DNA from: an uncultured virus (IMG/VR IMGVR_UViG_3300032038_000056)
Lineage: Duplodnaviria; Heunggongvirae; Uroviricota; Caudoviricetes
Virus record (IMG/VR): IMGVR_UViG_3300032038_000056
DNA: 64,000 nucleotides
Direction: 5' to 3' (one strand)
Shown: one piece after another, positions 1-9,424 of the stretch
How positions within the stretch are numbered: the stretch's first letter is position 1
How the letters are laid out: every line of letters starts with the position of its first letter
Translations under genes and position numbers: made by a program
The notes under the pieces: generated by a model
Databases searched by the model: none
What the model saw: only the letters and a program-made list of their open reading frames with translations
What the model was told of the DNA's origin: nothing

Positions 1-548
1 ACATACGCCTTCAGTTCGAGTAATGCTGTACCAGAGGTCATGTCGATGTTCTGAATACCCGTAGAGGGATCGAACACCTCTCCGTCATAGACGTAGACGA
101 AGGAGATTCCGTACTGGTTCTCAACGGATGCCTGTGCGCCTGTGATGGCCAGATCGACATCGGTAGCCTTCGCACCTTCTGTCTGGGTGAGCGTAACGGT
201 TATGGTTGCGGCCTCGACTGCACCATACCCTGAATCCGCATCTGCGACCGAGAATGCACTGCCTTCGTACTTGAAGTACACACTTCCGTCAGAAAGCGCA
301 GAACCGTCCTTCGCAAGACCAGAGAGGGTAACGTTAGTACCGTTGTTGCTGGTATTGACCGAATACTGTCCAGCAAGGAAGTTCTGATAGGAACTGAGTT
401 CCACCGTGACTGCCTCGCCCGACATCTCGTTGTCCGTGTTCACTGCCGATCCATTGTAGGCAACGGCGAAACCGACACCCACAAGGGACACGATTGCGAT
501 AGTCAGCAGGGCGAACCCGCTGAACCCATACTTCTTCTTGTGTTCCAT
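1..548 (-). CDS. Secreted/surface adhesin-like protein (3' end runs off window)
   Basis: Manual translation MEHKKKYGFSGFALLTIAIVSLVGVGFAVAYNGSAVNTDN...; N-terminal signal helix followed by S/T/G/V-rich sequence; not in ORF track because no stop in window. Confidence 0.7.
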   Translation of the reverse strand, partial: MEHKKKYGFSGFALLTIAIVSLVGVGFAVAYNGSAVNTDNEMSGEAVTVELSSYQNFLAGQYSVNTSNNGTNVTLSGLAKDGSALSDGSVYFKYEGSAFSVADADSGYGAVEAATITVTLTQTEGAKATDVDLAITGAQASVENQYGISFVYVYDGEVFDPSTGIQNIDMTSGTALLELKAY

Positions 549-764
549 TTTAACACCTTTATGAAAATCATACGGATACCCCGTACTCCTTTCAATATCT
601 GTTGTAAATATGTATGTATATATAAGGGTTAAGGTGCAAAAGGGGAGAGGGAGAATAGGAGGAGTGGGGGGAAAACAACAAAAAACCCCCCAACGGCATA
701 GGTTATGCCAAGACCTCTCCTCTTCTGCTGTATCGTGATGTATCTATGCCTATTAAACGGTTTC

Positions 765-1058
765 TTATTCGGGTTCTTCCCCGAAACATGGGGTCAATGT
801 CAGATGCAACTGAACCATCGACACGAGTCTGATCTTACCTGTTTCCAAATCTTGCATAAAGGTGTTCCCGTACATCTCGAAATACCTCGTATGCCCGTCG
901 TTTGAGATCTCGATGATCTCTGGCGGTTCGGGTTCGGGAAGATTCGCAGGTGCCATCGAATCGTCAGACATATAGATCATAGAAGTAGAGAGAAGTACGG
1001 CAAGGTCAAGAACGATGAGTATAACGAGTATAGACCCTGTGTGCGACCGTAATCCCAT
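765..1058 (-). CDS. Small membrane-anchored hypothetical protein
   Basis: 97 aa, N-terminal TM helix, Pro/Glu linker; TATA-like element ~1080. Confidence 0.5.
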   Translation of the reverse strand: MGLRSHTGSILVILIVLDLAVLLSTSMIYMSDDSMAPANLPEPEPPEIIEISNDGHTRYFEMYGNTFMQDLETGKIRLVSMVQLHLTLTPCFGEEPE

Positions 1059-1115
1059 AGTTTACGAATCATCTTAACATATATTAAAACTTTAAATAAA
1101 AAGAAAGAGAGAGGA

Positions 1116-2090
1116 TCACTCCTCTCTTGAAAAGATGCTTCTACTGAGCCAAATTACCAATGACACAGCGATGATGAGGGGGATGACCGCAACGATTGCG
1201 ATTATCGAGGGGTTATCCACGCCCTGTATCCTGTCTCCTAAGACCTCGGTCGGTACGATGTAGTATTGGGGAGACATAGAATCAGACGTTATGGTTTCGC
1301 CATTGAGTTGATATGCAACAGTCATGTTCCCGTCCAACTGGACTACGCCACCCCCCATACTCTTTGTCTGGAAGTTCGTCACGGGTTCTGTAGCATTCGG
1401 ATTCCATACGACTGTCGTTCCGTTCTGGTATGCACTGCCAGGCACATAGAATGATACCCAACGTATATCATTCTCTCTCCAAGATATAGGGTACAGGTAA
1501 TGTCCGCCTCTGGCTATGTATCCCCCTTCGGGATCGTATCCGTATGAGAACAGTCTGACAGGAGATTCGATGTGTCCGCTGATATCCCCAGGATCATCCC
1601 TGTAGTCCAACTCCATCTGGCCTCCAGATATTGTCAGATCGATATGGAATGTGGAACTTGATGTGGGCTGTCTGAGATTTCCGAACCTCATTATGTGATC
1701 GGTTATGAAAGGCGTACCTTCAGAACTGTTTTCAGCGTAGAAATACAAACTCCAATCAATATAGGTACTACGCGGATGAACATAGATGAAACCAGCATCG
1801 CACAGTATCACTGGCATCATATAATCATCTTCAATTATCTCGGATATCGTATATGTCTCCCCGTTAAGAGTGAACTGACCAAAACTATCCCCGCTCACGG
1901 AGAACTCGACCGAATCCATATTGCTGACGAACGCATAGTCGTTCTTGTAGCCCTCAATGTAACCTGTTGCATTGTCGTAGGTCTCCTGTCTTGACTCGTG
2001 GAGGGTCATCACAGGAACGGCAAGTGTAGTCAGAAGTACGACACCTATGACCATACAGATTATGATGTTGATATACTTGTTCGTTTCCAT
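1116..2090 (-). CDS. Capsid-hairpin-derived surface/spike protein (324 aa)
   Basis: N helix VIGVVLLTTLAVPVM and C helix IVAVIPLIIAVSLVI match the two helices of the 35-kb MCPs; ~270 aa aromatic/beta-rich loop. Confidence 0.75.
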   Translation of the reverse strand: METNKYINIIICMVIGVVLLTTLAVPVMTLHESRQETYDNATGYIEGYKNDYAFVSNMDSVEFSVSGDSFGQFTLNGETYTISEIIEDDYMMPVILCDAGFIYVHPRSTYIDWSLYFYAENSSEGTPFITDHIMRFGNLRQPTSSSTFHIDLTISGGQMELDYRDDPGDISGHIESPVRLFSYGYDPEGGYIARGGHYLYPISWRENDIRWVSFYVPGSAYQNGTTVVWNPNATEPVTNFQTKSMGGGVVQLDGNMTVAYQLNGETITSDSMSPQYYIVPTEVLGDRIQGVDNPSIIAIVAVIPLIIAVSLVIWLSRSIFSREE

Positions 2091-2214
2091 TGTATGATAT
2101 ATTCCGCGCAGAGTATATAATGATTGAACTTTTGTGATATCGGCGTATATACATTTGTAAAGTTGAAAAAAGTAGGATGTGAAAAAGGTTTGGATGAATG
2201 GCTGACGGATTTCG

Positions 2215-4056
2215 TCAGTTCTTCATCTTTATGAATCTGATCGCACCAATCACCAGACCTACGGCCATGATCAGAGGGATCACGGAGATAATCGTTACCA
2301 GAGTTCCGCTGACACCTCCCCCACTGCCTCCCTCGGATCCGATTGTGCGGGGTGCAATGAATACATTGCATGTTCCCGTGTACTCTTCGCCCTGTGAGGT
2401 GTTATTCAGGTCCACTGTGATGGTGTTGTTGGAGTCCACATAGTTGAATCCGTATCTGGTGGTGTGGTTGTCCGTTACGACAGGCGTATCAAAATCATCG
2501 TTTGCAATGAGCAGACCCGTGCTCAGATATGCGATGATTTGCGCGTTGCTACCCTGCGGTCTCCTCTCGTTGATGAATCCGTATATGAGATTGTTACCCT
2601 CATAGTAGATTGGGTTCTGCCCATAGGAGGACACGTAATCCCCCTCGGTGTCGTACAGATATCCCGTGGGCGTAAGTTCTCCTCCGCCAGTATACTGGCC
2701 TATGACCATACTATACTGTAAGACAGGTTCAGTCGAATCTCTCGTATAATCATAGCCGATATTAAAATCCATAAGAGAACTTACCGAGTCCGAACGGAGG
2801 TTCACAGGCATATCGGTACAAGCGTACAGGATTTCGTTCCTTGCGCTGTTGTATATGATGAGATGGTCAGGAACGGAGAGAAGCACGCAACTTTCCGTGA
2901 TGCTCGTGATCTCCTCTGTCGTGTTCTCTGAGTCTCCATAGATCTTTATTCCCATTTTCAGCGTTCCGTTGTCGTTGTAGAATGTCAGGAAGCGCGACCC
3001 TGCATCTGCCCAAGTGGAGTCACCTTCAGTAACGTATACTGAGCGGATATCATACTTCTCTATCACATCATTGAACGCACTCATTCTCGGACCCTCGTTC
3101 GTGATCGAACTGGGAATCTCTGCGGTCGCTTTACCGCTCGCGGGAACGATGTATGAATCACAGGACATCGTGATCTCCCCCATATTGGATTCTGTCGCAG
3201 TGAAGGTCATACCATGCGGTTCAATACCTACTGCTGGCCGTCCGCCTATCTCGACATAGAAAGACGCGGTGAACTCCTTATGCCCATCCACTTCCGTCTG
3301 CCCGATGAGTTCTGTAGAGGATATACCTGTAAAAGCCATCTGATTAGTGGGGAAGATGGATGTCGCAGAACTCACGCCACCTTGATACCAGTATACACCA
3401 AATGACGAAAGAGCATAAACATCCTTGACATCCAGATATTTAACAGGGTATGAACCGTCTTCCCCAACAGAGATCATCGCCCAATCTCCCTCTGTATCTA
3501 CAACGAATCCGTCTTTTGCGGAAATGTCACGGGTTATCACACCTGAATTGTTGAACGTGACCGAGAACTCATCTGTATTTCCCGTTTTTCCTATTACAAG
3601 TGCAAAATTCGAGTCATCATCAGTGGATATGGTGTAAGGGGAATTAGGATCATTTGCGAACATTATCGTAAGTTCAATCAGTTGAGGACTTGTTTTGTGG
3701 TCCCTATATTGTATCAGAACCTCACTGTTGGCCAGAATCGTATATGTTTTGGTATCTGACGTGGTGATCGGTTCGGTCCTCACCACTGTGTCTCCGTTAT
3801 AGATTGTATATTCATACAGAGCAGTAGATGTGTGTGTTGCCATCCTCCTCATCTCATACCTCTGTCCGTTGCTGAATATATCGGATATCTTGGTCATATT
3901 CAGTCCGTCATTGGTAAATTCGACCTCCTGTGTGGTCGATCCGCCTCCGCCAGATGTGTTGAGCGTGCTTGCGATTATGGGTGTGACCACACCAGCAATC
4001 AGCACCACTCCGACTACGAGGGAGACCACTAACATAGTTGTGTTCTTTATATCCAT
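2215..4056 (-). CDS. Capsid-hairpin-derived surface/spike protein with duplicated loop domain (613 aa)
   Basis: N helix VVGVVLIAGVVTPIIAS, C helix IISVIPLIMAVGLVIG; repeated TN(D/E)G..M, DTEGD and IVP/IAP motifs. Confidence 0.75.
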   Translation of the reverse strand: MDIKNTTMLVVSLVVGVVLIAGVVTPIIASTLNTSGGGGSTTQEVEFTNDGLNMTKISDIFSNGQRYEMRRMATHTSTALYEYTIYNGDTVVRTEPITTSDTKTYTILANSEVLIQYRDHKTSPQLIELTIMFANDPNSPYTISTDDDSNFALVIGKTGNTDEFSVTFNNSGVITRDISAKDGFVVDTEGDWAMISVGEDGSYPVKYLDVKDVYALSSFGVYWYQGGVSSATSIFPTNQMAFTGISSTELIGQTEVDGHKEFTASFYVEIGGRPAVGIEPHGMTFTATESNMGEITMSCDSYIVPASGKATAEIPSSITNEGPRMSAFNDVIEKYDIRSVYVTEGDSTWADAGSRFLTFYNDNGTLKMGIKIYGDSENTTEEITSITESCVLLSVPDHLIIYNSARNEILYACTDMPVNLRSDSVSSLMDFNIGYDYTRDSTEPVLQYSMVIGQYTGGGELTPTGYLYDTEGDYVSSYGQNPIYYEGNNLIYGFINERRPQGSNAQIIAYLSTGLLIANDDFDTPVVTDNHTTRYGFNYVDSNNTITVDLNNTSQGEEYTGTCNVFIAPRTIGSEGGSGGGVSGTLVTIISVIPLIMAVGLVIGAIRFIKMKN

Positions 4057-4133
4057 ACACTCAATATCACGTATGACATTTATAAAGGTATAAGTAATAC
4101 ATTCATATATATTTTAAAGAAAGACTTGAACGA

Positions 4134-6242
4134 TTACCTTCTTATGAGCATATAACCCAATATACCTACACCGACTATGATGAACAGCGGAAGCAATCTG
4201 AATATCGTGTTCATGAACAGATTGGTAGTATCCTTGACCTCCGAAGACACTATCAGATAACCCGAATACACCTCTGATACGGATCCGTCCGTCCAACTAC
4301 CCTCATAATCTATACCTCTGACCATACCTACATCCCCCGAACTTTGAGATAAGTTCTTATCCATATCCGTAGAGATGTAGGAAATCGTACCGAGGTTACT
4401 ATCTGGATACAATATCTCTGGAACTGGGCCCGACTTCCATACTCCGTTCAAGGTATAGCCTATATCCACCAGCCCTGCACCGTTGGTAACGACATTCTGC
4501 CTGTAGATTGCGGAATGCACGACAGAGGACTGTGATACATATGCGCCTGTTGTCATCACCATCTTCCCAGAGGGATTGAGATATACGTCCACGGTCATCG
4601 AACCGTCCGTCCAAGACAACACCTCTCCAGCCAAGGCCAGATCCACACCGTCCTCCGCATTCCCTATCAGCGTGCGTTCCACACCGTCAATGTAGTAGAT
4701 GTCCCCGTTGGCATAGAGGAATACCGCGCATCCGTGTCCGATTGCAACAGGGATACAATCGGGAACATAGGCGGGATTGCCTGTATCAACATCGTCTGCG
4801 ATGGTGTATGCGTGTGCATAAGGATACAACTCTACACCCTCAAAGGTATCGGAGGAGGATCCAAGGTAGAGAGAAGTGCCGTCCGAGTACCAGTATACCG
4901 TAGGAACAATCAGCATTATGTTGTAAAGTGTAGGGTCATACGCAGACCCCCCGATTGTCCGTGTATAGTTATATGGGTTGAGGATGTATGCAATCTCCCC
5001 CTTGACCACAGACAGTCTTGCTTCTCCTCCGTCATCCCCGTTCGGCCCGCTGGCAAGGTTGATAGCGGCATAATAGCACCCGAACGGCCCAATGCCTGTC
5101 TCCGTATCGAATGCCCAATAACTGTTGAGCGTTTTTCCAGTAGGCATAGTGCTTACGAGTTCTCCGTTGATAAGAACCTGTACGTCCGATACCGTTGCAC
5201 CGCCTTCGTTCATAATAATCTTGTACCCATATTGCGCGGATGATGTTGAGTTGGGTATCACATATGCCAGCCTTGTACCCGCATTGTTCGCACCAGCCAC
5301 GTCCTGATCGGCAGCGTATGAGAACACTCCCGCATTGGCATTGGCACGCCAACTTCCTCCTGTGGCCAGCAATCTGATACCTGTGTTGCAGTAGAATACA
5401 TCATTGATTCCCTGTCCAGCAGTGGATGCGTTACCCACCGTGAGAGGTGTTCCCCAAGAGTCGGATCCGAGATAGATTGTAGTGATCATTTTGGAATTGG
5501 TAGACGGGATGGTTACGGTAGAGGACAGGGTATTCACAATATCATCGTATGGGTGTCCTCCGAGGGTATTCCCCGCGCTCATCACACGGTTGTTGAAGGA
5601 CATATCCCCGACGTATTCATTCAGATTTCCCCAAGAGTTTTCCAAGAAAAGACAGCCAGGAGTAGAATTGTTCCGTGATGTCTGATATGCTGATGTGGTG
5701 AACCCCGTATCAATCGGAGCAGTCTTACCGACATATCCGTTGCCCATCATATACTGGGTATCCGTATTGCCCAACACAGCCGTACACATCATCTCATATA
5801 GTGATTGCTGGTAATGATTCCACAGTTGGTATGTCCCATTGAGATTATCGGTATTGTTCGCCAGAGCCATCAGTCTGAAATCGTCCATAGTGGTGGAAAC
5901 AGTAGGGGATCTTCCCGCTTGAGATACAAGCACCCCGTCATTGTTGAACGCTTCATACACTCCGATCCCGATTGCCCCCGCCACTCCGCTGGTCGGAGGC
6001 ACATATTTTGCATAGTCCGTCTGCACACCATCCGTATCTATTACGTAATGCCCGTCTCCGTAAGATATGGATAAGAGATGGTTCTGCCCATCTGGGTATG
6101 CGAACCCTATGCCTTCATTGTAATAATTCTTGTTCCCCTCAAGACCTATCGTATCAGACAGTCCAGGCACCAGTGCGCTCAATGTGAACAACAATACGAT
6201 TGTGATCGCTGATACCGTCATGAAAAGGGATTTTGCATTCAT
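4134..6242 (-). CDS. Capsid-hairpin-derived spike protein with C-type-lectin (FGE/Mtd-like) tail-fibre domain (702 aa)
   Basis: Terminal helices LSALVPGL and FRLLPLFIIVG; IGVYEA, LENSWGNLNEYVGD and GGSW...AG.F...GTRLAY motifs typical of CLec-fold fibre domains. Confidence 0.7.
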   Translation of the reverse strand: MNAKSLFMTVSAITIVLLFTLSALVPGLSDTIGLEGNKNYYNEGIGFAYPDGQNHLLSISYGDGHYVIDTDGVQTDYAKYVPPTSGVAGAIGIGVYEAFNNDGVLVSQAGRSPTVSTTMDDFRLMALANNTDNLNGTYQLWNHYQQSLYEMMCTAVLGNTDTQYMMGNGYVGKTAPIDTGFTTSAYQTSRNNSTPGCLFLENSWGNLNEYVGDMSFNNRVMSAGNTLGGHPYDDIVNTLSSTVTIPSTNSKMITTIYLGSDSWGTPLTVGNASTAGQGINDVFYCNTGIRLLATGGSWRANANAGVFSYAADQDVAGANNAGTRLAYVIPNSTSSAQYGYKIIMNEGGATVSDVQVLINGELVSTMPTGKTLNSYWAFDTETGIGPFGCYYAAINLASGPNGDDGGEARLSVVKGEIAYILNPYNYTRTIGGSAYDPTLYNIMLIVPTVYWYSDGTSLYLGSSSDTFEGVELYPYAHAYTIADDVDTGNPAYVPDCIPVAIGHGCAVFLYANGDIYYIDGVERTLIGNAEDGVDLALAGEVLSWTDGSMTVDVYLNPSGKMVMTTGAYVSQSSVVHSAIYRQNVVTNGAGLVDIGYTLNGVWKSGPVPEILYPDSNLGTISYISTDMDKNLSQSSGDVGMVRGIDYEGSWTDGSVSEVYSGYLIVSSEVKDTTNLFMNTIFRLLPLFIIVGVGILGYMLIRR

Positions 6243-6306
6243 CGTTACAGAATAGGAATAAGTAGTTTATAAAAATGTTTTTTGAAAAGGTTTAGAAAGT
6301 GTCGTA

Positions 6307-9300
6307 TCACTTGTATCTGCCTATGAATGCCCTTACCACGAAGATCATTATGCCAGCCAATACAACGATAGGGATTACCCATAACAGCGACATAAGAGAA
6401 GTATTCTCCACGGTCTCGGTAGCATTCACGCTCTTGGGAAGAATAATGCTGGTACAGGATGCGGTGCTGTCCGATCCGTACCCGATATCCACGCCCGACA
6501 AGAGATACGCACCATCATATTCCGATTCCTCTGTGATGGCGGTCGCATCTCCGAGAGTGATGCCCGACATAGTGAACGGGGTCATGGAGTTCATCGTTCC
6601 GCTCGCACCGATTATTCCGTCATCGGTCATAGCATAGCCGAGTATCGGAGTGCTCTCGGTAACGTATGCGGTATCGTTGAGCAGTATGTATTTTCCGTCA
6701 CCCTTGAAGAATATCGAGGTGTAACTTATCTCGTAATCCGTTCCGTCCTTCTCTACGGCCATCACTCCGTTGGAGAACGTCAGAATCACCAGATCATCCG
6801 TCCAGACCAGAGGTTCGGTCAGATCCTCGGAATAGAGCACCAGCGCATTCTCGTTCTGATCCGTGACCATCGAACAGAGCATCCAGTCGCTTCCGCCAAC
6901 CAGATACGTGTATGTGGTATCCGAGATCTGCGGGGATTGAATGCTCCTCACAATCGGGGATGCCAGAGGTATAGAGCGGGTAGACATCACTCCCATCTGT
7001 GTAGTCTGTGTGGGGAGTATTTTTATTGCAGAAGGCGTAAAGTTTGCAGTGGTATTAAAAGTAGTGCCTTTTCCATCTCCCATCTCTCCGTACCGTCCAT
7101 CACCACAACCATAAAGGTCTCCTCCAACGGTGATTCCAAACGTATTATTATCGCTACATACTACTTTTGTAAGAGTTTGCGTTTCAAAACGATGTGTGAA
7201 CTCTGTTTTTGGAGTTTGCCCTGCAATTCCATGTTGGTAAGTTGTGTTACTTCCACACCCGTATAACTCACCACTATCAGTGAGTACCCATGTATCAGTT
7301 GGACAGCACGCCCCATCTACTATTATCTTATCTGACATACGTTGTGTGAAGGAGTTTACAGTTTTACCAGAACCGCTCTCCCCATTTCCTTGCTGACCAT
7401 ATCTGTTCTCTCCACAACCATATAATTTGCCATCGGTTGTTATGACCCATGTAGTTTTTTGAGAAGCCATAACTTTTGAAACGCTTTCACCACTTAGACG
7501 TTGTGTAAATGTTAGTACGTGTGTAGTAGTTCCATCTCCTAAATTTCCCCATGCGTTTTGCCCGCATCCATAAAGTTCCCCATTGTCTGTAATCGCCCAT
7601 ATTGCCATACCCCCCAATACAATATCTGTAATTGTTTTATCAGAGAGTTGTTGTGTGAAGGTCAGCACATCTGTTTTATCACCCGTACCTAAGGATCCTG
7701 TTGCATTACTGCCACTTCCGTATATCTTTCCATCAGTCGTGAGTACCCATGTCAATGTTGGACCGCATACTACTTTAGATATAGTTTCCCCAGATAGGCG
7801 TTGTGTGAAGGTCAGTATATCTGCGGTTGTACCGCTACCCTGACCTGTTCCTCTCCCGCATCCATAAAGTTCCCCATTGTCTGTAATCGCCCACGTGGTT
7901 TGTTTTGAACAAAATACATCAGATATTACTTTATCAGGTAAACGTTGTGTGAAGGTCAGGACATCTGCGGTAGCACCATCTCCCTGCTGTCCATATAAAT
8001 TCCACCCGCACCCAAACAATTTACCATCTGTTGTCACCGCCCATGTCGTATCTCCTGAACATTTTATTTTTGAAACGTTTTCTCCTACTAATCTATGCGT
8101 AAAAGAGAGCACATTTGTTGTAGTTCCGTTCCCTTGCTGTCCATAATTATTAAAACCTGTTCCAAATAAAGTACCATCTGTGGTAAGAACCCATGTACTA
8201 GTATCACCTAGTGCTATATCTTTTACGATTAATTTTTCATATTTTGCTAAAAAGGTCATTGAACCATTGACCGTACCAGAGCCCTGATCTATATTCCACC
8301 CTGTGAAGTAATATCCTTGAGGGAGTGTTGCTGTAACGGGTGTCTCTCCAGAAATCGTGACGATATTATCAGATACAGTATATTGTGTTCCGATCAACAC
8401 ATCTGGTATGGAATACGTACTGACATCACCTGGGGATTCTGCTGTAAAAGTAATGGTTACAGGGGCTTGTATGAAATTCGCAATAAAGGTCATCGCACCA
8501 CCCACAGTTCCAGATACATTGACGGGAGTCCAATGACTCCATGAATATCCAGAACTGGGTGTCGCGGTAACTGTTGTGGATCCGATTGTGATGGTGTTGT
8601 CAGAAATAGTGTATGCAGTACCGAAGTCCACCGTGACCGAAGGAACATCAACAGTACCGTGTCCGTCCGTAGCGAATGATATAAGATACTGATCAAGTGT
8701 CCATACCGCTGTAAGCGTGTGGTTCTCGCCTATGCTCACGATGGTCTGTGAGGTGATCGGATTGTCATTGGCATCGACCCAACCTCCGAAGATGTGTCCT
8801 GTGTATTCGGGTACAGGAAGATCCCCGTAAGCACTGCCGAACGTAACGGTCTTGGAAGAGGGTGATACGGATCCTCCGTCAGCATCGAATGTGACCGTGT
8901 ACTGTCCCGCTGTCCACTTCGCATACAGGAAGATGTTGCCCGCACTTTCGACTGTATCCGTGCTGACGATCTGCGTTGTGTACTGCTCATCGCTGAACCA
9001 TCCATCGAATGAATATCCGTACTTCACAGGTACAGGGAGTTCCCCGTATGTCAGATCCTTAACGACCGTCTTACTCTCTGGTGATACTGTCGCACCCGTT
9101 CCCGCTACGAAATAGACGGTAGGCGAAGGATTATTGATCTTGATGGTGCCTGGCAGTGCATTGTCCCACTGCATATTGTATGTGTCGCTCACATTTCCCT
9201 CTATGAGCGATTCACCGTCATTCGTAAGCGTGATCGTCTTCTTTATACCGTCATCCTGTGCCGTTCCGATCACAGGAACAAGTACGGACGTTGTGAGAAT

Positions 9301-9348
9301 GACCATCACGATCACGGTGGCCATCGTCATAAGGGTAGTGTTCTTCAT
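6307..9348 (-). CDS. Capsid-hairpin-derived spike protein with Listeria-Bacteroides (InlB B) repeats and RCC1-like beta-propeller (1013 aa)
   Basis: Start moved to MKNTT; helices TTSVLVPVIG and LLWVIPIVVLAG; YGxLPVP..GY.F.GW repeats; ~7-8 TWxxTxDGxLYGCGxNxxGQxG repeats. Confidence 0.8.
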   Translation of the reverse strand: MKNTTLMTMATVIVMVILTTSVLVPVIGTAQDDGIKKTITLTNDGESLIEGNVSDTYNMQWDNALPGTIKINNPSPTVYFVAGTGATVSPESKTVVKDLTYGELPVPVKYGYSFDGWFSDEQYTTQIVSTDTVESAGNIFLYAKWTAGQYTVTFDADGGSVSPSSKTVTFGSAYGDLPVPEYTGHIFGGWVDANDNPITSQTIVSIGENHTLTAVWTLDQYLISFATDGHGTVDVPSVTVDFGTAYTISDNTITIGSTTVTATPSSGYSWSHWTPVNVSGTVGGAMTFIANFIQAPVTITFTAESPGDVSTYSIPDVLIGTQYTVSDNIVTISGETPVTATLPQGYYFTGWNIDQGSGTVNGSMTFLAKYEKLIVKDIALGDTSTWVLTTDGTLFGTGFNNYGQQGNGTTTNVLSFTHRLVGENVSKIKCSGDTTWAVTTDGKLFGCGWNLYGQQGDGATADVLTFTQRLPDKVISDVFCSKQTTWAITDNGELYGCGRGTGQGSGTTADILTFTQRLSGETISKVVCGPTLTWVLTTDGKIYGSGSNATGSLGTGDKTDVLTFTQQLSDKTITDIVLGGMAIWAITDNGELYGCGQNAWGNLGDGTTTHVLTFTQRLSGESVSKVMASQKTTWVITTDGKLYGCGENRYGQQGNGESGSGKTVNSFTQRMSDKIIVDGACCPTDTWVLTDSGELYGCGSNTTYQHGIAGQTPKTEFTHRFETQTLTKVVCSDNNTFGITVGGDLYGCGDGRYGEMGDGKGTTFNTTANFTPSAIKILPTQTTQMGVMSTRSIPLASPIVRSIQSPQISDTTYTYLVGGSDWMLCSMVTDQNENALVLYSEDLTEPLVWTDDLVILTFSNGVMAVEKDGTDYEISYTSIFFKGDGKYILLNDTAYVTESTPILGYAMTDDGIIGASGTMNSMTPFTMSGITLGDATAITEESEYDGAYLLSGVDIGYGSDSTASCTSIILPKSVNATETVENTSLMSLLWVIPIVVLAGIMIFVVRAFIGRYK

Positions 9349-9424
9349 AGAATAATAAATAAAAAAAGAGTTTATATAGATATCTTTGAAAAAGGTAATA
9401 TAAGAAATCGTAAGCCCTATTGTA

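Noticed and set aside
660..692. G-run/C-run inverted repeat as mobile-element end
   Set aside because: Lies just past a stop codon with T-tracts on the minus strand; a simple terminator-like hairpin suffices
5265..5400. Diversity-generating retroelement targeting the CLec variable region
   Set aside because: No reverse transcriptase and no second (template) copy seen in the window; could still lie elsewhere on the contig
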